NCBI GenBank assembly: GCA_963836075.1
Contig: CAWIIB010000001.1
Coordinates: 768,001 to 832,000 of the forward strand
Source: an uncultured Acidobacteriota bacterium
GTDB lineage: Bacteria > Acidobacteriota > JAQAZP01
Direction of reading: 5' to 3'
Length of the DNA: 64,000 bases
Positions 1 to 9,223 of this stretch are shown here, piece by piece. A program made the position numbers and the translations under genes. A model generated the notes under the pieces. It was not told the DNA's origin. It made no database searches and saw only the letters and a program-made list of their open reading frames with translations. Position 1 is the first letter of the stretch. Each line of letters begins with the position of its first letter.

Positions 1-200
1 GCCGTTCAGAACAAGAATCAGAATCGATCAGAAAATGAAAACCATTGCCATTACAAGATATATATACACTACTGGATCCATTTGAAACAACAATGAAACG
101 TTTGTTTCATCAAAACACATATTCCCCTGATACACTTGTGTATTGCTATGAATTAAACAGTTGGAACAATTTGGAACAAGGCAGGTGAAACAGGTTGGAA

Positions 201-917
201 TCAGCGGATGGTGAAACGGTACTCCAGCGGCTGGTCACCGCTGTCCGAAGCACCGGATTCAGGCTTCAACCGCAGGAGATAGTCGCCGCCCTCGGCCAGC
301 AGCGGAGCCGGCAGGAAGAGCCCGGCCCACTCCCCCGTCTCCGGCTGGCAGAGGAGCCGTCCCCGGAGCACTGTCCTCCCGGACGGCCCGTCCAGGTCAA
401 AGGTCAGCACGGTTTCACAGGAATAGTCGATGCCGTTCAATTCGACGTAGAGGCCGGTGCCGGGAGTAATTCCCCCCGCGGGTCCCGCCGTCCTGGCGGC
501 CGCCGGGAAGAGTGAGATCAGCCGGGCCGGGGCGCCGGTTTCGGCGCCGTCCGTCTGCAGCAGGCGCACCGTAGCGGCTCCCAGAACCAGGCCGATGAGC
601 AGCAGCGACGCTCCGGCCATGGCCGGGACCAGCCGCCCGGCGCCGAGCAGCGAATCGAGAAAACTGCTGATCCTCTCCACGAGACCCGGGCCGGACAAAT
701 CCGGAACCGCGACGGGCCCGGTTGTCCTGCCGGCGGCCGTAGACCGCGCCGTCTGGGCCTGGGCCATGACCGAACGCAGCAGTTCCTCGGCCTCCGGAGA
801 CGCCGAGGCGCGGCGCAGGACATCCGCACGCCCCTCCTCGTCCAGCAGGCCGGCGGCGAAATCGATGCACAGGTCAGGGGTCAGTTCCTCGCTGCGGTCT
901 TGTCGCTGGTCAGCCAT
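201..917 (-). CDS. Putative transmembrane anti-sigma factor (degenerate zf-HC2/ZAS-like N-terminus, one TM helix, extracytoplasmic domain)
   Basis: ATG at 917 preceded by GAGGAGGAG. Overlaps the end of the ECF sigma gene. N-terminal DFAAGLLDEEGRADV resembles the anti-sigma helix pattern, followed by the hydrophobic segment ASLLLIGLVLGAATV. Confidence 0.65.
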   Translation of the reverse strand: MADQRQDRSEELTPDLCIDFAAGLLDEEGRADVLRRASASPEAEELLRSVMAQAQTARSTAAGRTTGPVAVPDLSGPGLVERISSFLDSLLGAGRLVPAMAGASLLLIGLVLGAATVRLLQTDGAETGAPARLISLFPAAARTAGPAGGITPGTGLYVELNGIDYSCETVLTFDLDGPSGRTVLRGRLLCQPETGEWAGLFLPAPLLAEGGDYLLRLKPESGASDSGDQPLEYRFTIR

Positions 918-1632
918 GGACGTCTCCTCCTCGGGCGGCAGGTTCCCACAGACGCAGGAAGGCGGCAAAGGTGCCCGGCGGAAACCGGACCGGAGCCTCA
1001 TCCCCTGCAGTGAGAATGGTCCGCAGGTCCTTGCGCAGGCGGTCCCAGACCGTGTCCACGTTGGTTGGACTGGTGTTCACCGCCGGGTGCTCGGCAATCT
1101 CCAGGGTGCGCATCTGGTAGAAGGCTTTCATGACGAATATCCGGGCGTGGTCCGCACGGCAGGTGCCCAGCCAGCTGACCAGCCTGGCGGCGGTCTCCTC
1201 CCCGGCCGCCTGCTGTTCGGGGTCGGCCTGACCGGTCTGCGGAACGTTGTCCAACGTCTCCGCCAGCTCTTCGCCGCCCCGTTCCCGGTAGTATTTCTTC
1301 CAGAAGGCCCGGGCGGTGTTGTGCGCCACCTGTTTGACGTATCCCCGTATCTTCATTTCGTTTTCCTCGGCCGGCTTCCAGCCGCCGCGCCGGATCTGCT
1401 CCACCAGCTGCGCGGTTTTTTCCGCCGCCAGCCCGGCGAGCTCATCCCGCCGGATCTCGGGGTTTCGGATCTCATAGGCCAGGTAGCCCCCGAGGGCCGT
1501 CTGGATCAATACCCACAATGCCGACTCTGCACTATCAGTGTCCGTCCCGGCGGGAAATCGCACGGGTACCGCCAGAAAATCGGCGGCCAGCTGTCGGAGT
1601 TGTTGGGGCCAGGCTGCTCTGCTGCCCATCAT
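910..1632 (-). CDS. ECF-type sigma-70 family RNA polymerase sigma factor (divergent)
   Basis: Region-2-like IRGYVKQVAHNTARAFWKK and region-4-like RIFVMKAFYQMRTLEIAE...NVDTVWDRLRKDL. Start chosen at the MM codons and is uncertain. Confidence 0.7.
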   Translation of the reverse strand: MMGSRAAWPQQLRQLAADFLAVPVRFPAGTDTDSAESALWVLIQTALGGYLAYEIRNPEIRRDELAGLAAEKTAQLVEQIRRGGWKPAEENEMKIRGYVKQVAHNTARAFWKKYYRERGGEELAETLDNVPQTGQADPEQQAAGEETAARLVSWLGTCRADHARIFVMKAFYQMRTLEIAEHPAVNTSPTNVDTVWDRLRKDLRTILTAGDEAPVRFPPGTFAAFLRLWEPAARGGDVHG

Positions 1633-1786
1633 CGAACCCGTGCACCGCGTCGATCGGTAACGCACGCAGCCGGCGGGCGGCATCGGCCGGCTGCACTGAC
1701 CGGGGAATGCGTTATCTTGATCGACGGTGAATGGGGAGTCAAGCGGCCCGCCCGCGGTTGGGCGGACGGGCCGGGAGGGGATCGGA

Positions 1787-4525
1787 TCAGGGAGCACTAC
1801 CGGTGACCGTGCAACTGTCGGACGCGGTGTCACCGGCAGGGGCAAAGGGCGGCTGGTTGTAGGGGACCGGGGTGACGTCCTGGCCCACCAGGTTGAACTG
1901 GTTGTCGCCCACCAGCGAACCCAGCGCCGGCAGGTTCTGGTTCCAGACCGCATTGTAGGTCTCGTAGGGCGCCAGATTGGTCCAGCCGGCCCGGAAACTG
2001 CCGAAGAAGCTGCCCGAGGCAATCTGCAGCTGCAGCCTGGCGGCGGCCCGCCGGTTCTCGTCGCTGAGGTTGGTCAGCCCGCAATTGATCTGAAAGGCAA
2101 AGGGCAGGGTTCCACTGCCCGGCACGCAGGTCAACACCGTGTCGATGGTATCCACCGGCGGGGTCTGCCCCACGCCGAAGAAGCTGAGGATCCCGGCCAG
2201 CAGTTCCTCCCTGGTGCTGGGGGAGGCCCCGTCATCCAGCCCGCCGAACTCGAAGGCGAACCCCACGGTGAGGTAGCTGCCGCCGTCGTAGGAGATGCCG
2301 TTGTCATAGACCGGACTGCCGTTGGTGAACAGGGTGACCGCACCCGCTCCGGGTGAAATGTGGTCCATGTAGGCATTGCTGCCGCTGTAGGTGAAGGACA
2401 TGCCCTCGGTGAGGGTGCCGGCCACGCCGTTCACCGGTCCGCAGTCGCCGGTGCCGTCAGCGTCGCCGGTGATGTGGAAGTAGGGGTGCACCGCGGTGGC
2501 GGTGTCGTAGGCCCAGGTGTCGCCCCCCTCCATGTAGAGCCGGCCGCCCCCGTCGAGGTAGGCGGCCAGAATGCTGCCTTCGCCGCTGGTCAGCACGTGG
2601 TTGCCGGAGTAGATACCCAGACAGGCGAAGATCGCCTCGTAGAGCGCGGGATCGGCCGGCAGGGATGACCCGTTGTCATAGCCCAGGCCCAGACCGTCCA
2701 GGGCTGAGGTCAACGCCGCTTCGGAAATGCTCCCCGAGGGGTTCCAGACGTAGACCGGGATGGAGGAGACGATGCTGAAGCCGTGATACCCGGCAGCCGG
2801 ATGCCAGGTGGTGTTCAAATCACCCGAAGCGTCCACCGCGCGAATCCGGTATTCCACCAGGTCACCGTCGCTCACCGCGGCGACAAAATCGCCTGCCCAG
2901 GTATAGCCGCCGGTGTTGGTCATCGGCACCTCGGCCTGGGGCGCGCCATTGACGCTGTATTCCAGCACCACTTCGCTGAGACCGCTGGCATCGGTCACCG
3001 TGGCGGTCACCGTGGCCGGCCAGCCGCCCAGGGACTGGTCCCCCAGCGGGGTGTGGGTGATCACCGGCCAGTCGCCGGTGCTGGAAACCAGGAACCGGTG
3101 CGCGCCGGCGGATCCGATGTAGGGGTGATTCTCCGCCCGGCCCGAGTCGTCCTCGGCGTGGATGTAGTAACGGACCGAGGTGCCGTCAGCCTGGGCCGGG
3201 ATGGTGCCCTGCCAGCTGTCGCCGCCGGTGCTGGTCATGGTGACGCTGGTGAAGAAACCGCCGTCGATGCTGTATCGCAGCTGGGGGAATCCGCTGCTCA
3301 GCGGCTGACCGCTGTAGGGGTGGATTTCGGCGGTCACCAGGTAATCGCCGCCGGCGCCCTGGGGATCGATCAGCGGGGTGTGATCGATGTAGAGCATGTA
3401 ACGGTCCATGATCCCCTTGGCCCGGCAGTGGATCGCGTCGTCGGAGAGCCAGGAGCCGTCGAAGCCGATGATCTCGTAGCCCGGCATGGCGTCCTGGTAG
3501 ATCTGCAGCGCCACCGCGTCATGGGAGGTGCCGAAGGTGGGTACCAGCACCTTGGTGTTCAGGATCAGCGAGTTGGTGTAGGCCTCGGTGTAGCCGGTGC
3601 CCACCGGCACCCGGATGATCTCGTACGGCGTGCCCCAGGAACTGGTCAGGGTCTGGAGGAAGGCCACGTTGGCCTCCAGTTCCGGGTCGGCGGGAGTCTT
3701 CTCCTCCACCAGGATGGTGTCCACGTCGAGAAACTTCTTGGTGCAGTCGATATGATGGATGCCGCCCGACTCGGTGTAGGGCAACGGGTAGTAGTCGGTG
3801 ATGCCGCAGTAGTCGAGGAGGATCTGGTCCACCTGGGCCCCGGTCATCCCCGGGTTCTCGTCGAGGATCAGACGGGTGCTCATTCCCACGCCGCGGCCGT
3901 CACACATCCAGTTGCCGCCGGTGGCCACCAGGTCCATGCCGTAGACCGGGATGCCGAGGTAGTCGCCGAACTCCTGGGGGATCTCGTCATCGTTGGGCCG
4001 CGGGCGGTTGTAGATGTGGTCGACGATACCCTGCTCGTCGTTGCCGGTGTAGACATACCAGGGCCCGTAGTCCCGGGTCCAGTAGGAGTCGGTGCCGGCG
4101 ATGAAGAAGTGGCAGTTGGCCATGTTCACGCCGCTGGAACTGTAGGCGCTTTCCGCCGAGGTCTGCTGTGAAGCGCTGCCGACGATAGTCCAGACCTCCA
4201 CGTCTTCGGACATCTCGGCAATCAGGTCGTAGGGGATGCCCAGGGGCCAGCGGATCAGCACGCCGGTCACCGGCTCGAACTCGCCGGCCATGCGCACCGG
4301 CACCGGAGGCGCCGCCGTGCCGCGGAAGTTGATGCCGATCTCATCCTTGCGCGCTTCCTCCTCCGGGGTCATCCAGATGGGGAGGCTGTGCGGGTTCTCA
4401 TCCAGCCACTTCTGCTGCTCGGCGGTGAGCGGCCGTCCAGCGGGATCGGCAACGGCCTGAATGGTTCCACAGAACAGAGCACAGATCAGCAGCAGGCGCA
4501 GGATCGACACTGGGGAGATGGACAT
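1787..4525 (-). CDS. Secreted agmatine/peptidyl-arginine deiminase family protein with Ig-like modules and the shared PYNQPP C-terminal domain
   Basis: Signal peptide; deiminase motifs WTRDYGP, GGN, HHID, AIHC; two repeated HTPL...Y.I.A.D modules; GAGGAG RBS. Confidence 0.85.
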   Translation of the reverse strand: MSISPVSILRLLLICALFCGTIQAVADPAGRPLTAEQQKWLDENPHSLPIWMTPEEEARKDEIGINFRGTAAPPVPVRMAGEFEPVTGVLIRWPLGIPYDLIAEMSEDVEVWTIVGSASQQTSAESAYSSSGVNMANCHFFIAGTDSYWTRDYGPWYVYTGNDEQGIVDHIYNRPRPNDDEIPQEFGDYLGIPVYGMDLVATGGNWMCDGRGVGMSTRLILDENPGMTGAQVDQILLDYCGITDYYPLPYTESGGIHHIDCTKKFLDVDTILVEEKTPADPELEANVAFLQTLTSSWGTPYEIIRVPVGTGYTEAYTNSLILNTKVLVPTFGTSHDAVALQIYQDAMPGYEIIGFDGSWLSDDAIHCRAKGIMDRYMLYIDHTPLIDPQGAGGDYLVTAEIHPYSGQPLSSGFPQLRYSIDGGFFTSVTMTSTGGDSWQGTIPAQADGTSVRYYIHAEDDSGRAENHPYIGSAGAHRFLVSSTGDWPVITHTPLGDQSLGGWPATVTATVTDASGLSEVVLEYSVNGAPQAEVPMTNTGGYTWAGDFVAAVSDGDLVEYRIRAVDASGDLNTTWHPAAGYHGFSIVSSIPVYVWNPSGSISEAALTSALDGLGLGYDNGSSLPADPALYEAIFACLGIYSGNHVLTSGEGSILAAYLDGGGRLYMEGGDTWAYDTATAVHPYFHITGDADGTGDCGPVNGVAGTLTEGMSFTYSGSNAYMDHISPGAGAVTLFTNGSPVYDNGISYDGGSYLTVGFAFEFGGLDDGASPSTREELLAGILSFFGVGQTPPVDTIDTVLTCVPGSGTLPFAFQINCGLTNLSDENRRAAARLQLQIASGSFFGSFRAGWTNLAPYETYNAVWNQNLPALGSLVGDNQFNLVGQDVTPVPYNQPPFAPAGDTASDSCTVTGSAP

Positions 4526-4699
4526 GACTTCAGACTCTCCTCTGACGTGAGAAATGTTCGGTTCGGGGGGTGGCGAACTCCGCTGCGAACCGACAATCGT
4601 GGATGTATAACCGCATCAGCAACAAGCTGGATTCCGGTTTTTCACATGCCGAAGGTGGTGTGGCGCAATTGAGTACTACACGCACCACGGCGGGGCAAG

Positions 4700-4728
4700 G
4701 CACCTGTTCAATATAAGTCAATCGGGAT
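4700..4728 (-). promoter_or_regulatory. Possible sigma70 promoter region for the deiminase gene
   Basis: Minus strand reads TTGCAT-N17-TATATT across about 4700-4738; the -35 is weak. Confidence 0.35.
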
Positions 4729-4781
4729 GCAAATGCAAGAAACGAAACTGGTAAACATCACCGGCGGCGACAATCGAAAGG

Positions 4782-6407
4782 TCAGGTGGCCAGCAGACGT
4801 TTCACTTTGCGGTCGATTTCATTGAGTGAGAACGGCTTGTGGATCACCCCCAGGACTCCCTCATCGTCCGCTCCCTCCTCCCCGGCGAAACCACGGGCGT
4901 GGCCGGTAATGTAAAGAATCTTCGCTTGAGGGTCAATTTTGAGGATCTTGCGGCTGGCCTCCACCCCGTTCATCCGCGGCATCACCACATCCATCAGGAT
5001 CAGGTCCACTTCATCCCCGCGCTTCTCGTAGAGTTTCACCGCCTCCACTCCGTCCACCGCCTCCAGCACCCGGTAGCCCATTTCACGGAGATACTCGCCG
5101 ATGACACCACGGGCGCCATCTTCGTCATCGGTGATCATGACGGTCTGCATCAGCGGGCTCGGCCCGGAGGAGTCTATCCCCGGCTCGTGGATCGGCGAGG
5201 TGGCCTCCACCGCCCCGGTTAATCCGTCAGCCCTTCCCGGGGTAACCATTCCCGACCGCACCGGAAGCAGAATCTTGAAGGTGGAGCCCATCCCCGGCGC
5301 ACTGGTCACCAGCAGGTGGCCCTTGTGCTTGCGGATGATGGAAAAGGCCACCGAGAGTCCCAGGCCCGTTCCTTCCCCCGGCTCCCGGGTGGTGAAGAAA
5401 GGCTCGAAGATTCGTGACTGGATCTCTTCGCCCATCCCGTTGCCGTTGTCCTCGATGACGATCAGCACATAGCTCCCCGGTTCCGCCGGATGGTAGGGCC
5501 AGCTGTCGCCCTCGTCGCAATCCACTCGGGAGGTGGAGACCTGCAGCATCCCGGGGTCCTCGAGGTCCTCCCTGTTTTTGAGGGCCATGGCGCCGTTGAG
5601 GCAGATGTTCATCAGCACCTGGTCGATCTGGACCCGATCGGCCATCACCAGCGGCAGTTGCCACTCCAGCTCGGTGCGCAGTTGAATCTTCTTGTCCAGC
5701 GAGCGCGACAGCAGCTCGATGGCACTGTTCACGCAGTCATTGGCATCCAGCGGCTCCATGCGCGGGGCTTCCCGGCGGCTGTAGAGGAGCATCTGCTGAA
5801 CCAGACTGCGGGCCCGTTCACCGGCCTGGTTGATCCGCTGGGCGTATCGTGACTTGGGGTCGTCCCTGGGCAGGTTCATCAGCAACATCTCCGAATAGCC
5901 GAGGATGGCCATCAGGAGATTGTTGAAATCGTGGGCGATGCCGCCGACCAGCGTCCCCACCGACTCCAGTTTCTGGGACTGCAGCAGCTGGTCCTCGATC
6001 AGCCGCCGTTCGGTGAGGTCACGGGCCACCACGATTGCCGAACAGATTCCACTCTCGGCACGCACCGGGGAAGCCGTGGCGTGGTAGACCCGCAGGCTTC
6101 CGGCTGCGCCGTTGAGCTTCCCCTGGTCCTGCGGGCTCCGTTCCGGCAGTTCGAACTCGAATCCGATGGGCGATCCGCTTTGAATGGTCTGCTTCACGGC
6201 CCGGGCCACTGCGCTGCCCGCCTCGCCGGGGAAGATGTCCGGGGCGGTCATTCCCGCCGGTGCCGCGGGCAGGTCAACCGTTTCAAGCAGACCGGCGAAC
6301 CACGCCTCGGTGCAGCGGCCGTCCCGGTCAAATACCGCCACCAGGTCGGTCATCGCGGAGAGGAGTTCGTGGTAACGGTTCTCGCTCCCGGTGGATCTGT
6401 TGGTCAT
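4782..6407 (-). CDS. Cytoplasmic hybrid sensor histidine kinase (PAS-HisKA-HATPase-REC)
   Basis: H-box [11 protein letters not shown]-box [22 protein letters not shown] and GTGLGL boxes; C-terminal receiver ITDDED...LMDVVMP...KP. Confidence 0.93.
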   Translation of the reverse strand: MTNRSTGSENRYHELLSAMTDLVAVFDRDGRCTEAWFAGLLETVDLPAAPAGMTAPDIFPGEAGSAVARAVKQTIQSGSPIGFEFELPERSPQDQGKLNGAAGSLRVYHATASPVRAESGICSAIVVARDLTERRLIEDQLLQSQKLESVGTLVGGIAHDFNNLLMAILGYSEMLLMNLPRDDPKSRYAQRINQAGERARSLVQQMLLYSRREAPRMEPLDANDCVNSAIELLSRSLDKKIQLRTELEWQLPLVMADRVQIDQVLMNICLNGAMALKNREDLEDPGMLQVSTSRVDCDEGDSWPYHPAEPGSYVLIVIEDNGNGMGEEIQSRIFEPFFTTREPGEGTGLGLSVAFSIIRKHKGHLLVTSAPGMGSTFKILLPVRSGMVTPGRADGLTGAVEATSPIHEPGIDSSGPSPLMQTVMITDDEDGARGVIGEYLREMGYRVLEAVDGVEAVKLYEKRGDEVDLILMDVVMPRMNGVEASRKILKIDPQAKILYITGHARGFAGEEGADDEGVLGVIHKPFSLNEIDRKVKRLLAT

Positions 6408-6636
6408 CTGCAACTCTGCCCCCGGCCTTCCCGGGTCAAGGGGAAGGCCCGTCGATTTAACCGGCGGTCCCCGGCGCCGGATCTTGCCGACACCATTGCC
6501 GGCCGTTCCGTACCGCGTCAGGTGCGCAGTGCAAAACGGTGCACAGACCCGTGAGAACCTCTCTTGTTGTTATCGGTATACATGGTGCCGAGTTAAGCCC
6601 CCGGGGCACTAAATCCGCCGGCCAGCGGGACGGAGA

Positions 6637-8538
6637 TCACGGGCGCCAGGCGACGACCGTGCACATGTCGCTGGCCATGCTGCCCGATGCGGGGTATGGC
6701 GGCTGGTTGTAGGGCGCCGGAGTGACGTCCTGTACCACCAGCTGGAACAGGGTCGACCCGTCCAGCGTGGGCAGATCGGGGAACCACTGGCTCCAGCAGT
6801 AATGATACGTTTCCGCCGGGGAGAGATTGGTGAACCCGCGGCGGTAGTTGGGGAAATACTGCCCGCCGGGCAGCGCGACGTTCAGTATGCCGACAGCGCT
6901 GCGGGGATAGCCGGAGACGTTGATCACATCCCCGCACATCATACTGGAGAACGGCAGGGCGCTGGAGTCAGGCGTGGCGGAAAGCGCGGCGTCAACCGTC
7001 TGGTCCCCCGAGTACCCCATGTCGGTCCTGATGACAAACGCATCACAGTCGCCGTTGTGCGACTGGTCGAACCCCGTGCCGGACAGCTGAAAATTGTCGC
7101 TGAAAGTGTAGCCGGCCACCACCGCGGTGAGGCCGCTGCTGTCCAGGGCCAGCTCGTAGGCCTGGTCACAGTTGATCCCCCCCATGTATGACGCGTAGAT
7201 CAGGGTGGACAGGTCGCCGCTGACCCGGGCTACGAACCCCTCCATGGCGCCGTTGTACGTCTGGTCCGTGGCGTCGGGGGTTGCCGGGAAATCGATGGAG
7301 TGGCTGCCACCGCAGATCACCAGATCACCGGCGGCATCCAGCTCCACCGAGTAGATCTCGTCCATGTGCCGGCCGCCCATGTAGCTGGAGTGGATCAGGC
7401 TGCTCAGGTCGGGGCTCATCACCGCCAGAAAACCGTCGTAGGCCTGGGCCGTACCGTCGTTGAACTGGGGGTCGAAGGTGCCGAGGGTGATGGGAAAGTC
7501 GTGGGAGTGGGTGGTTCCCACCACCACCAGGTTGCCCTGGGTATCGAATACCAGGCCGTTGGCCTCGTCGCAACCGCCTTCATGGTCGCCGCCATGAAAA
7601 GGCTCGCCCCAGTCGTGGCCGCCAAGGTAGGTGCAGGCATGGAGGCTGCTGAAATCGGCGGAGAAGAGGGCGATATACACGTCGCGCGAACCGCCGTTGT
7701 GATCCAGGTCGAACGCACCGGCGGTGGTGGGCAGGTTTTCGGAGTTCGCCCAGCCGGTGAGATAGTAGCGGCCGCTGCCGTCCCGAAGGATGGCCCGGTT
7801 GTAGTCGTCCAGGTCCCCGCCCAGATAGGTGCCGGCGGAGACCGCCGAGAGGTCCTGGGAGAAGCGGATGAGAAAGATATCCCGGGTGCCCCCGTTGTAC
7901 GTGGTGTCAAAGGCCCCGGCCGTGACCGGGAACCCCTGGGACCGGGTGTCCCCCCCCACCACCACCGCCCCCGAGGGCTCGACCCAGACCGTCCGGGAGA
8001 AATCCTTGTGTTCGCCGCCGAACAGCGTGGAGTGCAGCAGGGTGGACATGTCGGAGGAAAGCCGGAGCAGGAAGGCATCCTCGTGAACCGTGTTGTGCGC
8101 GGTGTCGAACGCCCCGGGCGTGGTGGGAAAATCGAGCGAGAGGGTGGAACCGCCCAGCAGGATGTTCCCCGCGGCATCGAGGGCCATGCACGGCCCGGGA
8201 TTGTCCATCTGGAAGTAGGGATCGAACTCGAAGTCGAGACCATCGTGCTCCGAACCGCCGATGAAGGTCGAGGCGATCAGCGTGCCCAGGTCGGCGGAGA
8301 GCCGCAGGACGAACAGGTCGCTGTCCCCGCCGGCAAAAGATCCGCCATACAGACCGGCGGTCACCGGAAAATCGTCCGATCCGGTGAGGCCGGCCACCAG
8401 GACGTCACCCTGATCATCGATCACTACGCTGTAGGCGGCATCCCGCTGGCCGCCCCCCAGAAAGGTGGAATAGTCCACCGCCGTGGCGGAGGTTGCAAAC
8501 AACAGCATGATCGACAGAATCCCGATGAATCTGGGCAT
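6637..8538 (-). CDS. Secreted SBBP-like beta-propeller repeat protein with the shared PYNQPP C-terminal domain
   Basis: Signal peptide MPRFIGILSIMLLFATSATA; about seven repeats of STxxGG...SxDFPxTxGxxDxxxNG..DxF; GGAG RBS. Confidence 0.8.
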   Translation of the reverse strand: MPRFIGILSIMLLFATSATAVDYSTFLGGGQRDAAYSVVIDDQGDVLVAGLTGSDDFPVTAGLYGGSFAGGDSDLFVLRLSADLGTLIASTFIGGSEHDGLDFEFDPYFQMDNPGPCMALDAAGNILLGGSTLSLDFPTTPGAFDTAHNTVHEDAFLLRLSSDMSTLLHSTLFGGEHKDFSRTVWVEPSGAVVVGGDTRSQGFPVTAGAFDTTYNGGTRDIFLIRFSQDLSAVSAGTYLGGDLDDYNRAILRDGSGRYYLTGWANSENLPTTAGAFDLDHNGGSRDVYIALFSADFSSLHACTYLGGHDWGEPFHGGDHEGGCDEANGLVFDTQGNLVVVGTTHSHDFPITLGTFDPQFNDGTAQAYDGFLAVMSPDLSSLIHSSYMGGRHMDEIYSVELDAAGDLVICGGSHSIDFPATPDATDQTYNGAMEGFVARVSGDLSTLIYASYMGGINCDQAYELALDSSGLTAVVAGYTFSDNFQLSGTGFDQSHNGDCDAFVIRTDMGYSGDQTVDAALSATPDSSALPFSSMMCGDVINVSGYPRSAVGILNVALPGGQYFPNYRRGFTNLSPAETYHYCWSQWFPDLPTLDGSTLFQLVVQDVTPAPYNQPPYPASGSMASDMCTVVAWRP

Positions 8539-8677
8539 GGCCTGCTCCAAGGTTTTTCAGCCGTCGACAAACCCCCGGATGCGGATGCACCGCCGGCGTC
8601 AACGCAACAGTATAATCATAGTGACTTTTCACCCGTATCGGCAAGTCCGGCCGGGCAGATCAGGACGGACAGTGGAG

Positions 8678-8708
8678 AAAAAAAATGCGGGGGATTCTGG
8701 TCCCCCGC
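8678..8708 (-). terminator. Intrinsic terminator
   Basis: 8-bp stem GCGGGGGA/TCCCCCGC with a 6-nt loop, followed on the minus strand by an 8-T tract. Confidence 0.75.
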
Positions 8709-8830
8709 CAAGCCGATGATGACATTTTCTGTTCCCTCCGGGTTCGCGAACCGGACTCCACTTCACCACTCCAGCCCACAAACCCGAAGTCATGCCGGAA
8801 AGAAAACAGAGGTCGATCGCAAAATGTCGT

Positions 8831-8923
8831 TCAAATAGTGCCCGTGGCGGGCAGCAAAGCCACAAACAGAGTCAGCAGGGCAATCCAGAACATGATCTCC
8901 ACCAACCGTTTTACCTGAGTCAT
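8831..8923 (-). CDS. Small hydrophobic protein, 30 aa (MTQVKRLVEIMFWIALLTLFVALLPATGTI)
   Basis: Translated by hand (below the ORF-track cutoff). AGGAGG lies 6 nt before the ATG; single TM-like helix; downstream terminator. Confidence 0.6.
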   Translation of the reverse strand: MTQVKRLVEIMFWIALLTLFVALLPATGTI

Positions 8924-9223
8924 GACCAACCTCCTGGATTTCAACCACCACTTCTCATCGCCTGGTTGTTACTTCAAGTCCTATGCCAACCAGAGGCGAT
9001 CCTCCGGACATTGCGGCCACAAGAGGCATCGAAAGCAGTTAATCGTTGACGTGAATAAAGTTACTTACGAGGGCAGGCCGGCACGAAAAAGCGTCAACAG
9101 TGCCGGATCAGGTGAGGCGAGGGGTGGGATTCGTATCATGGGAAAAAAATGCACACCCGCAGAGGGTAAAGAATTACCACCTTCACGACGAGTGTGCACT
9201 TTATTACCACTCAAAGCTAACAA

